Assembly (NCBI GenBank): GCA_963775425.1 | Contig: CAVZJB010000003.1 | Coordinates: 256,001-320,000 of the forward strand | Direction of reading: 5' to 3' | Origin: an uncultured delta proteobacterium | GTDB lineage: Bacteria; Myxococcota; UBA727; VGSZ01 | Length of the DNA: 64,000 nucleotides | Part shown: piece by piece, positions 18,742-28,036 of the stretch | Position numbering within the stretch: position 1 is the stretch's first letter | How the letters are laid out: each line of letters starts with the position of its first letter | Notes under the pieces: model-generated | The model's database searches: none | The model's input: the letters and a program-made list of their open reading frames with translations, nothing else | What the model was told of the DNA's origin: nothing | Translations under genes and position numbers: made by a program

Positions 18742-20607
18742 GTGACCGCCGACGAGCGCCGCCGCCGCCTGCGCGACATCAAGGCCGTCGACGAGACGGC
18801 GCTCGATCTCGTGTACGAGTCGCTCGCCGACGAGGATCCCGGGGTGCGCCGCGAGGCCATCCGGCTCATCGCGCGCTCGGCGCCGTCGCCGGGGCTCCTG
18901 CTCACCCTCGAAAAGGCCCTCACCGACGACAAGGAGCTCGCCCGGCGGTCCGCCGCCATGGAGGCGCTCGCGGCGATGGGCAAGTCGGCGCTCATGTTGC
19001 TCACGCGGCTCACGGGCGATCCCCGCGCGGGGGTACGCCGGCTCGCCGTCGACGCGCTCGGCCTGTCGCGCATGCCCGAGTCCATCGAGGTCCTCGAGAA
19101 GGCCGCCCGCGACCCGCAGCCGGCGGTGCGGTCGGCGGCGCTCGAGGCGGTGGCGCGCACGGGTGCGTCGCGCGCGCCGTCGGTGCTCATCCGCGCCGTC
19201 GAGGACAGGACCGAGGTGCCGGCGGTGGTGCTCGCCGCGCTGCTCGGCCTGCTGCAGCTCAACAAGACGCCCGCCGCGCACATCCTGCGGCGCCTCGTCG
19301 ACGACGCCCTCACCGCGCCGCCCGCGCTGCGCCTGCTCGGCCGCGCCGGCGAGGCCGCGTTCCTCGTCGATGCGCTGGTCACGCATACGGCCTCGCGTCA
19401 GCGCGCCGCCGTGCTCGGCCTCGCCGAAGCGCTCGAGACGCACCCGGCGCCCGGGCGCTTGCGCTCGCGTGAGTCCGTCGATGCGCTGCACAAGCTCGTC
19501 GAGAGCGCCGACGTGCAGGTCGCCTGCGCCGCCCTCGTCGTGGCGGCCCACGCCGGCGACGTCGGCGCGCTCGTGCAGGCGGCGGCGCGCGACGACCGCG
19601 CCCACCTGTCGTCGGCGGCGCACCGCGCCCTCAACGTCCTCGGGCAGAGCCGCTCCGATCTGCCCGAGACGCTGCGGATGCTCGTCGCCGACGACGCGCC
19701 CGGCGCGGAGCTGGTGCTCGAGCTCGCCGACGCCGCCGAGCGCGCGCGCGCCCGGCTGCGCTCGCCGCGGCCGTCGGGGACGGCGCGCCTCGACGACCGC
19801 TCCTTCGCGCGCCTCGCGCGGCTCGTGGAACAGCTCTCGGGCATCGCCATCACCGACGACGCGCGCGTCCGCCTGGAGGCGCGGCTGTTGCCGCGCGTCG
19901 AGGACACCGGCTGCGGCGACTTCGCCTCGTACGTGGAGCTCCTCGCCGGCCGCGGCGACGACAGCCGCGCGGAGCTCCTGCGCGCGCTCGACCTCATCAC
20001 CATCCACGAGACCTACTTCTTCCGCGAGCGCGCGCAGCTCGACGCCTTCCGCGACGACGTCCTGCCGGGCATGGCCGCCCGCGCGGGCGCCGGCGGCCTC
20101 CGCCTGTGGTCGGCGGGTTGCTCCACCGGCGAGGAGGCGTACACGCTGGGCATCCTCCTCGAGGAGGCGGGCGTCCAGGCCTGGGAGGTGCTCGGCACGG
20201 ACCTCAGCACCACGTCCCTCGATGTCGCGCGCTCGGGGCGCTTCACGCCGCGCAGCTTCCGCGGCGAGATCGACCAGCGCATCCGCCGCAAGTGGTTCAT
20301 CTACGAGCTCGGCGGCGTCCACGTGCACCCCGATCTCCGCAAGAAGGCCCGCTTCGAGGTGCTCAACCTCGTCGACGAGCCCGCGGTGACCGCGCTGCCG
20401 CTCTTCGACGTCATCTTCTGCCGGAACGTCCTCATCTACATGAGCCCGCCGGCGCGCGCGCGCGTCATCGATCAGTTCTGGCGGCGGCTCAAGCCGGGCG
20501 GCCTGCTGATGCTCGGCCACAGCGAGTCGCTGCTCCACGTCGATACGCCGTTCAAGCTGCGCCCGCTCCAGCGCGCGCTCGCCTACGAGAAAGCACCGTC
20601 GCCATGA
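18742..20607 (+). CDS. cheR: HEAT-repeat/CheR methyltransferase fusion
   Basis: N-terminal HEAT/PBS repeats; C-terminal TIHETYFFRE, WSAGCSTGEEAYT, FDVIFCRNVLIY, LGHSESL. Confidence 0.9.
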   Translation: MTADERRRRLRDIKAVDETALDLVYESLADEDPGVRREAIRLIARSAPSPGLLLTLEKALTDDKELARRSAAMEALAAMGKSALMLLTRLTGDPRAGVRRLAVDALGLSRMPESIEVLEKAARDPQPAVRSAALEAVARTGASRAPSVLIRAVEDRTEVPAVVLAALLGLLQLNKTPAAHILRRLVDDALTAPPALRLLGRAGEAAFLVDALVTHTASRQRAAVLGLAEALETHPAPGRLRSRESVDALHKLVESADVQVACAALVVAAHAGDVGALVQAAARDDRAHLSSAAHRALNVLGQSRSDLPETLRMLVADDAPGAELVLELADAAERARARLRSPRPSGTARLDDRSFARLARLVEQLSGIAITDDARVRLEARLLPRVEDTGCGDFASYVELLAGRGDDSRAELLRALDLITIHETYFFRERAQLDAFRDDVLPGMAARAGAGGLRLWSAGCSTGEEAYTLGILLEEAGVQAWEVLGTDLSTTSLDVARSGRFTPRSFRGEIDQRIRRKWFIYELGGVHVHPDLRKKARFEVLNLVDEPAVTALPLFDVIFCRNVLIYMSPPARARVIDQFWRRLKPGGLLMLGHSESLLHVDTPFKLRPLQRALAYEKAPSP

Positions 20608-21659
20608 ACATGCGCAACCTCCCGTCGACCGAAGGTCTCCCCGTCGACGGCCGCGGCCCGCGCGTGCTCGTCGTCGACGACAGCGCGCCGCTGCGCGCCG
20701 CGATCGCCGAGACGCTCGAGGAGGGCGGCTGCGAGGTCGTGGGCCGCGCCATGGACGGCTCCATGGCGCTCCGCTACGTCCTCGACGAGGATCCCGACGT
20801 CATCACCCTCGACCTCGAGATGCCGCGCATGGACGGCTTCACGTTCCTGCGCATCCTGCAAAAGACCCGCAACATCCCCGTCATCGTGATCACGTCGGAC
20901 TCGCGGCCGGAGGCGGCGCTGATGGCGCTGGAGCTCGGGGCCCGCGACTTCGTCGTGAAGCCCGCGCGTCCCACCGACATCCGCAACCTGAAGAGCCAGC
21001 TCCTCGCCCGGGTGCGCACGCTGGCGGCGCTCAAGATGCGGGTGCCGCCGACGTGGGCGCCGCCGCCGGAGGTGGCGGTGCCGTCGGCCACCGCCCTCGT
21101 CACCATCGGCTGCTCCACCGGCGGCCCGCGCGCGCTGCGCGACCTCCTGTCGCGGCCGCGGCTGCCGTGGCGCGCGCCGGTGTTGGTGGCGCAGCACATG
21201 CCGCCCAACTTCACCGCCGCGTTCGCCGAGCGGCTCAAGAAGGTCACCAACCTCGACGTGGCCGAGGCCCGGGACGGCGAGCTCGTCGCGCCGGGGCAGG
21301 TGCGTGTGGCGCCCGGCGGCCACCACCTGCTGGCCGACACCGACGGCGGACGCCTGAAGCTTCGGGTCGTCCCCGCCGTGTCGTCCGACCGCTGGGTCCC
21401 GAGCGTCGACCGCCTCTTCGAGTCCGCGGCCCGCGTGGCCGGCAACCGGCTCCTGGCCCTCGTGCTCACAGGCATGGGGAAGGACGGCGTCGAGGGCGCC
21501 AAGGCCCTGCGGGCGGTCGGGGCACCTCTGTGGTGCGAGTCCGCCCTCACCGCGGCGGTGGACGGCATGCCCGCCGCCGCCGCCGCCGCCCACGGCGACG
21601 CCGACCGCGTCCCCCTCGACGAGCTGTCTCTGTTGCTCGCCAAGGCGCTCGAGAGTTAG
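20604..21659 (+). CDS. cheB: Chemotaxis methylesterase
   Basis: Receiver domain plus GCSTGGP, QHMP, PSVD, LTGMGKDG. Confidence 0.95.
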   Translation: MNMRNLPSTEGLPVDGRGPRVLVVDDSAPLRAAIAETLEEGGCEVVGRAMDGSMALRYVLDEDPDVITLDLEMPRMDGFTFLRILQKTRNIPVIVITSDSRPEAALMALELGARDFVVKPARPTDIRNLKSQLLARVRTLAALKMRVPPTWAPPPEVAVPSATALVTIGCSTGGPRALRDLLSRPRLPWRAPVLVAQHMPPNFTAAFAERLKKVTNLDVAEARDGELVAPGQVRVAPGGHHLLADTDGGRLKLRVVPAVSSDRWVPSVDRLFESAARVAGNRLLALVLTGMGKDGVEGAKALRAVGAPLWCESALTAAVDGMPAAAAAAHGDADRVPLDELSLLLAKALES

Positions 21660-21670
21660 GGTTCGTCGCC

Positions 21671-22459
21671 ATGACCCGCAAGAGCGACGACGAAGGCAAG
21701 AGTCACGAGGACTTTCTCGTCCTGTTCCGGCGCGGTCTCAAGTTCACCGAGGAGCTCCTCGCCGAAAACGAGAAGCTGCGCTTTCGCGTGGCCGCGCTCG
21801 AGAGCACCGGCGGCGACGCCGACGTGCACACGCTCCGGCAAAAGGTGCGCGAGCTCGAAGAGGAGAAGAAGCGGTTGCTGTCGTCGTACCAGGAGGTGGA
21901 GACGCTCAACCGCGACTACCAGGCGCGCTACGCGGAGATCGAGGAAGAGCACAACAACCTCGCCAACCTGTACATCGCCAGCTACCAGCTCCACTCCACG
22001 ATGACGTTCCGCGAGGTGGTGCAGGTCATCAACGAGATCGTCATCAACCTGGTCGGCGTGAGCCGCTTCACCATGTACCTCGTCGACGCACCCGCGCAGA
22101 CCATGAACGCCATCTCCGCCGAGGGCCACGAGGCGTCGGAGGTGAAGCCCATCCCGCTCGGCGAGGGCATCGTGGGCAAGGCCACCCGGGACCGGCAGCG
22201 CTTCGTCGCGGACAACCCCGCGCACTCGCCGCTCGCGGTCATCCCGCTGGCCACGGTGGAAAACGTGGTCGGCGCCATCGTCATCGAGAAGCTGCTGGTG
22301 CAGAAGGAGGGCTTCACCGCCGTGGACAACGAGCTGTTCAACCTGCTCTCGGTCCACGCCGCCACGGCGCTCCTCTCCGGCCTGTTGCGCGATCAAGTGG
22401 GCGAGACGGGCGCAGCGCAAGCGCTCACGATCACGCACGCCCGAAAACTCTTGCAGTAG
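21671..22459 (+). CDS. Coiled-coil plus GAF-domain protein
   Basis: Coiled coil; LANLYIASYQLHST; GEGIVG; IPL...VGAI GAF pattern. Confidence 0.85.
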   Translation: MTRKSDDEGKSHEDFLVLFRRGLKFTEELLAENEKLRFRVAALESTGGDADVHTLRQKVRELEEEKKRLLSSYQEVETLNRDYQARYAEIEEEHNNLANLYIASYQLHSTMTFREVVQVINEIVINLVGVSRFTMYLVDAPAQTMNAISAEGHEASEVKPIPLGEGIVGKATRDRQRFVADNPAHSPLAVIPLATVENVVGAIVIEKLLVQKEGFTAVDNELFNLLSVHAATALLSGLLRDQVGETGAAQALTITHARKLLQ

Positions 22460-22522
22460 GTTCCGGACGGCCGCACCACCAATTTTGCTTTTCGCCACCC
22501 GACGAGAGAAAACAGCACCGAC

Positions 22523-22903
22523 ATGGCCGACACGCTGCATGCCCTGGTGGTCGAAGACTCCCCCACGATGAGGCAGCTCATCGTGTTCGCCCTGTCGCGC
22601 ATCAAGGTGCTGAAGGTGGTCGAGGCCGACGACGGCGTGGACGCGCTCAAGAAGCTCTCGCAGCAGCACTTCGACATCCTCATCACCGACATCAACATGC
22701 CGATGATGGACGGGCTGAAGCTCGTGTCCATGGTGCGCAAGGACGAAGTCCACAAGGACATCCCCATCATCATCATCACCACGGAGGGCGCGCAGGAAGA
22801 CCGGCAGCGCGCGCTCTCGCTCGGCGCCAACGCGTACATCACCAAGCCCATCCAGGCGCCGCAGGTGATCTCGAAGGTCAAGGACCTGCTGAAGCTCGGC
22901 TGA
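22523..22903 (+). CDS. cheY: CheY-like response regulator
   Basis: VVEDS, TDINMPMMDG, ITTE, YITKP. Confidence 0.93.
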   Translation: MADTLHALVVEDSPTMRQLIVFALSRIKVLKVVEADDGVDALKKLSQQHFDILITDINMPMMDGLKLVSMVRKDEVHKDIPIIIITTEGAQEDRQRALSLGANAYITKPIQAPQVISKVKDLLKLG

Positions 22904-22922
22904 GAGGCGGGCTGCCCCGTCC

Positions 22923-23006
22923 CGGCCGCTCCCTCCGGTCGCCGATCAAGCGCGGCCGCTCCCTCCCCGATCAAGCGCGGCCGCTCCCTCCGGTCGCTGA
23001 TCAAGC
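22923..23006. repeat. Short tandem repeat (three 25-30-bp units cggccgctccctcc...gatcaagc)
   Basis: Directly visible; 22968-23002 is the exact reverse complement of 16878-16912 inside cheW. Confidence 0.85.
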
Positions 23007-23132
23007 ACGCACCCCGCGATCGTTAGCGGACGCACGCCGCCCGATCGAAAGATTCCAGATACTTAGCTCCCGGTAGACAGGCAAACTTTTTGCTTTAGGG
23101 TGTGCCGCACTGTCCTACCCAGAGGAAGCAAG

Positions 23133-26100
23133 ATGCACACTCTTTCGCGCATTGTATTGGTTCTCGGCGTCGTGGCTGCGGCCGCAGCCTGCCCGGGCGT
23201 CGGCGATATCGACCGCACCCAGCCCGAGAAGGTGAAGAAGAGCATCTTCTTCAACGACGACGGCACCCCCGCCGAGTTCTATTACCGCACCACCGTCATC
23301 GACGTGCCCGCCACCAACGGCGTCACGTTCATCGGCGACCAGAGCGACACCGAGCGCGTGGTCTTCGAGGTCACGGAGAACTTCCTCTTCGTCTATCGCA
23401 GCTACGGCTGGCTGCAGAACGAGGGCGTCGTCGCGGGCAACCAGGGCGACGGCTACACCCGCCCCGGCGTCCCCTACGACGGCGCGCCCATCGCGGCGTT
23501 CCGCATCCAGAGCCACTTCGACGTGAAGCGGCAGTACAACCCGGCCACGGGTGAGCAGACCAACGTCATCTACGAGGACCAGTCGGATCGCCCCTGGTAC
23601 CAGCGCGAGTACATGCGCGTGGATTGGTCGAACAACAGCATCGCGGACTTCCGCTTCGACAGCCCGGTGGCGTTCCAGACGCCCGCGTCGGTGTCGGTGC
23701 CCGAGGAGGACGGTCTCGGCGACAACAAGGACCGCCCCGTCATCACCCCCGAGTACATCGACGTCGTGGATAAGTATAACGTGGGTCCCGAGGCTGTTGA
23801 CCTCTCCTACTATGGCTACGGCATGGTCCCCGAGTGCTACTTCTCTCCGTCTTTGTTCAAGGACTGCTTCGGGGGCACCATCAAGGTGCGCGCCTCGTTC
23901 CGCAAGGTCGCCAAGAGCGACTACGTCCCGCTCGACTACGATGACCTCCGCTTCCAGAAGTTCGGCTTCTTCCGCTCCGAGCGCTTCGCGTATGACGACC
24001 AGTACGACGTCGTCGAGCAGTCGCAGGTCAAGCGCGCCAACCGCTGGAACATCTGGAAGGACGCGGCCTCCTGCTACAACCCCGAGGCGGACCTCCCGTA
24101 CTCGGCGTGCAAGCCCGACCAGCTCCGCACCATCGTCTACTACCTCAACGAGGACTTCCCGAAGGACCCGCCGGAGCTTCGCCAGATGGCGCTCCACAAC
24201 GCGGACCAGTGGAACAAGCTCCTCACCGACGCCGTCAAGGCCTCCACCGGCTTCACCGACGCGGACATCGGCGACCACCGCATGTTCACGCTGTGCGCGA
24301 ACAACCCCGTGCAGGAAGGCGACCCGGCGGAGTGCGGCGCCGTCGGCACCAACCCGCAGATCGGCGACCTGCGGTACTCGATGTACTACTACATCCCCAA
24401 CTACCAGGCGGCTCCGCCGCTCGGATACGGGCCTGCCGCCACCGATCCGCTGACTGGTGAGATCATCCAGGCCAACGCCTTCTACTATGGCTACGCCGGC
24501 GCGTGGATCGCCGCGCGCACCCGCGACGAGGTCAAGCTCCAGCTCGGCCTCCTGTCTCCCGACGACATCTCCGACGGCGCGCTCGCGCGTGGCGCGGTGT
24601 CGGCGGCGCAGGAAGCGGCGCGCCAGAGCACGCAGGCCCACGCCATGCCCGCCAACGTCGGCGAGAAGGCCCGGCGCATGGCGCAGAACCTCCACATCAA
24701 GGAGCAGGGGGCGCGCCTGCGCGCGCAGATCGCTTCGGGCTACGCGCTCGTCGACAAGCGCCCGGGACGCAAGCAGGCGCTGTTGAACAGCGGCGCCGGC
24801 GGGCTGCTCCTCACCGACGAGATGAAGCAGGTCTTCGGCCCCGCGCTCCTCGACGAGAACGTCGATCCCGAGCACGCTGACGACGTCATGACCGCGCGCC
24901 TCTTCGACAACGACGCGCTCTTCAACCACTACCGCATGCGCACCGAGCGTTTCCTCAAGCCCGAGGCCGGCGGCTGCATCCTGCGCGCCGAGGACGTCTT
25001 CGACGACGCGCTCCTCGGCCTGACGGCCACGGTGAAGAGCAAGTTCTACGACACCACCACCTCGCCGCCGTCGCTCAAGGCGGGCTTCACCGAGGACGAC
25101 GTCTTCAACTTCGTCCTCGCCAACACCCTCGGCGACACGATGCTCCACGAGATGGGCCACACCATGGGCCTGCGCCACAACTTCGCGGGCAGCACCGACG
25201 CACTCAACTTCGGTCCCCGCTACTGGGAGCTGCGCGGCCAGCTCGTGCCGCCGGGCGGCACCCGCCCGGTGCCGGAGTGGGAGATCTCGGGCAACCTCGT
25301 CGACCTGCAGCAGTCGGCGCTCGACCAGGGCATGCGCGACGAGCAGACCTCGTCGGTCATGGACTACGAGTCGACCTACGGCACGCGCGTCGCCCTCGGC
25401 GCGTACGACTTCGCCGCCATCAAGTACGCGTACGGCGACATCGTCGAGGTCTTCGACAGCCCGGACATCACGCCGGACAAGGCCAAGCTCCTCCAGCCCG
25501 GCGAGCTGCACTACACCTACTACCCCGAGGTCGTGTCCAAGGCGGGCAGCTACGGCGAGCGCGCCGCGGCCCTCTACCAGCGCCACGACGTCAACTTCCG
25601 CAAGGCCGGCGGCGACGGCTCGGTCGAGGTTCCGTACTCGTTCTGCTCGGACGAGTACCGGGGCGCGTCGGCCACCTGCGCCATCTGGGACGTGGGCGCC
25701 GACAACTTCGAGCGCACCGTCTACGAGACCAACCACTACCGGAACTACTCGATCTTCAACAACTTCAAGCGTGAGCGCCTGACGTACGGCCTCGACATCT
25801 TCGGGTACCTGTCGCGCGTCTACCGCTACAACCTCACCTACGTCCTCAACCAGTACAAGAACTGGGTCGACGACGAGCTCATCATCCGCAGCGGCAAGCC
25901 GTGCCTCGCGGTCGACCTCGCGGCCGATCCGAGCGGCGGCATCGTCACCGAGAGCACCGACCGCTTCGCCGCGGATCAGTGCGGCCTCGCGGGCTTCCTC
26001 GGGAGCGTCGAGACCATCAACCTGCTCGGCGAGATCCTCCAGGAGCCCGACGTGGGCTGCTACGAGCGCCTGAAGCCCGGCTGCTACGACACCGTCGTCG

Positions 26101-27179
26101 GCAACGCCAACGACTCGACCCCGCCGACCGATCCGGACATCCGGCTCGTCGACGCGGATCCCGACAGCGCGACGTGCGCCAGCTACGTGCCCTCGCAGCC
26201 GAGCCCGACGGACACGCAGTCCTCGCGCCGCGTCTTGCTCTCGGTCCGGGCGACCACGCCGTACGCGCACGTCACCGACACCACCTCGTGCGACGGTGTC
26301 GCCACCCTCAGGGACTCCGTCACCGACGACGACCTCATGGAGCAGCCGCTCGACCTCGCCTACCGCCCCGGCGGCGCGCGGCCGGCCAACACGCTCTATG
26401 ACCGCGACCGCTACGGCTACTACTTCTACGACAAGCCGCTCACCATCGGCTCGTGGTGGGACAAGTGGCTGGCCGTGAAGGCGCTCGGCGATCCCGACAC
26501 CAACTTCATCGGTGTGGATGCGTCGTCCGATACCCGCGCGTTCCTCATCTCGTTGAACACGCTGTTCGGCAACGACATCAACAACCTCATCGGCGGCGCC
26601 GTGACCGACAACGTCGGCGTCTACGGTCCGGTGGTGAACACGGCCGGCAACGACGTCGAGATCCTCCCGGTGCTCGACATCAACACGGGCGGCGCCATCG
26701 ACCGCACGCAGATCGGCCGCGCCACCATCAACCCCGATCAGCAGTACACGTTCCGGCTGCTCGCCATGTTCAACGCGGCGTACAACGGCCAGTACACCGA
26801 CCGCTTCGAGTTCGGCGAGTCGCTCAACATCGGCAACGCGTACAACCTGACCAACACGGACATCCCCGACGACGTCCGCTCCGATCCCGCGCGCTACGCC
26901 GAGGTCACCGACCCCGTCACGGGCATCAAGTGGTTCGCCCTCAACCAGCAGCGTTCGGACGCGCCTGGCCTGTACAGCATCGGCTACCAGTTCATCCGCG
27001 ACATCAAGGACCGCTACTACGTGGGCGGCGCGGACGGCCCGGGTACCGAGCTGCAGCCGGGCTTCCAGGGCCAGTTCGAGTTCATGCCGCGGCAGGACCT
27101 CGACATCGTCCGCATCATGTCGTCCGCCGCCGGCGTGTTCGGCTACGCGGACGTCTGGTCCGGCGACCTGCAGTTCTGA
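23133..27179 (+). CDS. Large lipoprotein zinc-dependent metalloprotease (metzincin-like)
   Basis: Lipobox AAAC; HEMGHTMGLRHNF (HExxHxxGxxH); SSVMDY Met-turn. Confidence 0.9.
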   Translation: MHTLSRIVLVLGVVAAAAACPGVGDIDRTQPEKVKKSIFFNDDGTPAEFYYRTTVIDVPATNGVTFIGDQSDTERVVFEVTENFLFVYRSYGWLQNEGVVAGNQGDGYTRPGVPYDGAPIAAFRIQSHFDVKRQYNPATGEQTNVIYEDQSDRPWYQREYMRVDWSNNSIADFRFDSPVAFQTPASVSVPEEDGLGDNKDRPVITPEYIDVVDKYNVGPEAVDLSYYGYGMVPECYFSPSLFKDCFGGTIKVRASFRKVAKSDYVPLDYDDLRFQKFGFFRSERFAYDDQYDVVEQSQVKRANRWNIWKDAASCYNPEADLPYSACKPDQLRTIVYYLNEDFPKDPPELRQMALHNADQWNKLLTDAVKASTGFTDADIGDHRMFTLCANNPVQEGDPAECGAVGTNPQIGDLRYSMYYYIPNYQAAPPLGYGPAATDPLTGEIIQANAFYYGYAGAWIAARTRDEVKLQLGLLSPDDISDGALARGAVSAAQEAARQSTQAHAMPANVGEKARRMAQNLHIKEQGARLRAQIASGYALVDKRPGRKQALLNSGAGGLLLTDEMKQVFGPALLDENVDPEHADDVMTARLFDNDALFNHYRMRTERFLKPEAGGCILRAEDVFDDALLGLTATVKSKFYDTTTSPPSLKAGFTEDDVFNFVLANTLGDTMLHEMGHTMGLRHNFAGSTDALNFGPRYWELRGQLVPPGGTRPVPEWEISGNLVDLQQSALDQGMRDEQTSSVMDYESTYGTRVALGAYDFAAIKYAYGDIVEVFDSPDITPDKAKLLQPGELHYTYYPEVVSKAGSYGERAAALYQRHDVNFRKAGGDGSVEVPYSFCSDEYRGASATCAIWDVGADNFERTVYETNHYRNYSIFNNFKRERLTYGLDIFGYLSRVYRYNLTYVLNQYKNWVDDELIIRSGKPCLAVDLAADPSGGIVTESTDRFAADQCGLAGFLGSVETINLLGEILQEPDVGCYERLKPGCYDTVVGNANDSTPPTDPDIRLVDADPDSATCASYVPSQPSPTDTQSSRRVLLSVRATTPYAHVTDTTSCDGVATLRDSVTDDDLMEQPLDLAYRPGGARPANTLYDRDRYGYYFYDKPLTIGSWWDKWLAVKALGDPDTNFIGVDASSDTRAFLISLNTLFGNDINNLIGGAVTDNVGVYGPVVNTAGNDVEILPVLDINTGGAIDRTQIGRATINPDQQYTFRLLAMFNAAYNGQYTDRFEFGESLNIGNAYNLTNTDIPDDVRSDPARYAEVTDPVTGIKWFALNQQRSDAPGLYSIGYQFIRDIKDRYYVGGADGPGTELQPGFQGQFEFMPRQDLDIVRIMSSAAGVFGYADVWSGDLQF

Positions 27180-27246
27180 CCCTGCACCATGATGGGCGCG
27201 CCCCGCGGCGCGCTCCGACGCCCCCTCCGGCCCCGCGGCCCGAGGG

Positions 27247-27303
27247 GGCGTCCTCGTCTGGGCGTCCTCGTCTGGGCGTCCTCGTCTGGGCGCCCTCGTT
27301 TGG
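27247..27303. repeat. 14-bp tandem repeat (gggcgtcctcgtct), about 4 units
   Basis: Directly visible, following a GC hairpin at 27217-27252. Confidence 0.85.
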
Positions 27304-27340
27304 CGGGCCAAATCGGGCCCCTGCCCGATATGGTTTGCGT

Positions 27341-28009
27341 ATGGAGATCAAGCGCGTTCAGGGCGTCCGCGGTCCGATGCGGCTGCCGAGCGAGGTGCCC
27401 GAGATCACGGCGGAGCAGCTTGACGCCGTCGTCTTGCGCAGCGGTTCGGCGGCGGGCCTGCGCGACGAGCTCGACGCCAAGCTGCGCGAGGGGCACCGCT
27501 GCTCCCGGCACGACGTCGAGCGCATGGTTGCCCGCGGTCGGCACAAGGACGGCCGCGTGGACGCCAACCACGCCGTGGTGCTCGCCTATTACGCGCAAAA
27601 GCACCGCCACGTCTTCGACCCGGACGCCGAGCCGCTCGTCGTGCAGTTCATCGGGGACGCCGACTGGACCGCGCTCATGATCGAGCTCGACACGTTCATC
27701 GAGAAGCTCCGCGAGCAGGCGCGCGAGGCGGAGAAGAAGCGCGAGCTCGACAAGGAGCGCTTCGAGGACGACGTGCTCAAGCCCGAAGAGCGCCGCCTCG
27801 AGCTCAAGAAGGAAAACGGCACAGTGGAGGAGCGCAAGGACGAGCGCGTCCACGAGGAGCTGAAGAAGAGCGCCGACCAGGATCGCCTCAGGGAGGCGTC
27901 CATCACCGACGTCGAAGACGAGCTCACCGGCAGCGGCCGCGTGAAGCTCTCCGACGCGGAGCTCGCGAAGCTGGGCTTGATGAAGAGAGGCTTCGCCAAC
28001 CGCAAGTAG
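27341..28009 (+). CDS. Hypothetical protein with charged coiled-coil C-terminus
   Basis: MEIKRVQGVR...; codon usage like neighbouring genes. Confidence 0.7.
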   Translation: MEIKRVQGVRGPMRLPSEVPEITAEQLDAVVLRSGSAAGLRDELDAKLREGHRCSRHDVERMVARGRHKDGRVDANHAVVLAYYAQKHRHVFDPDAEPLVVQFIGDADWTALMIELDTFIEKLREQAREAEKKRELDKERFEDDVLKPEERRLELKKENGTVEERKDERVHEELKKSADQDRLREASITDVEDELTGSGRVKLSDAELAKLGLMKRGFANRK

Positions 28010-28036
28010 CGCAACCGCAACGCAGAAGGGGACTCG

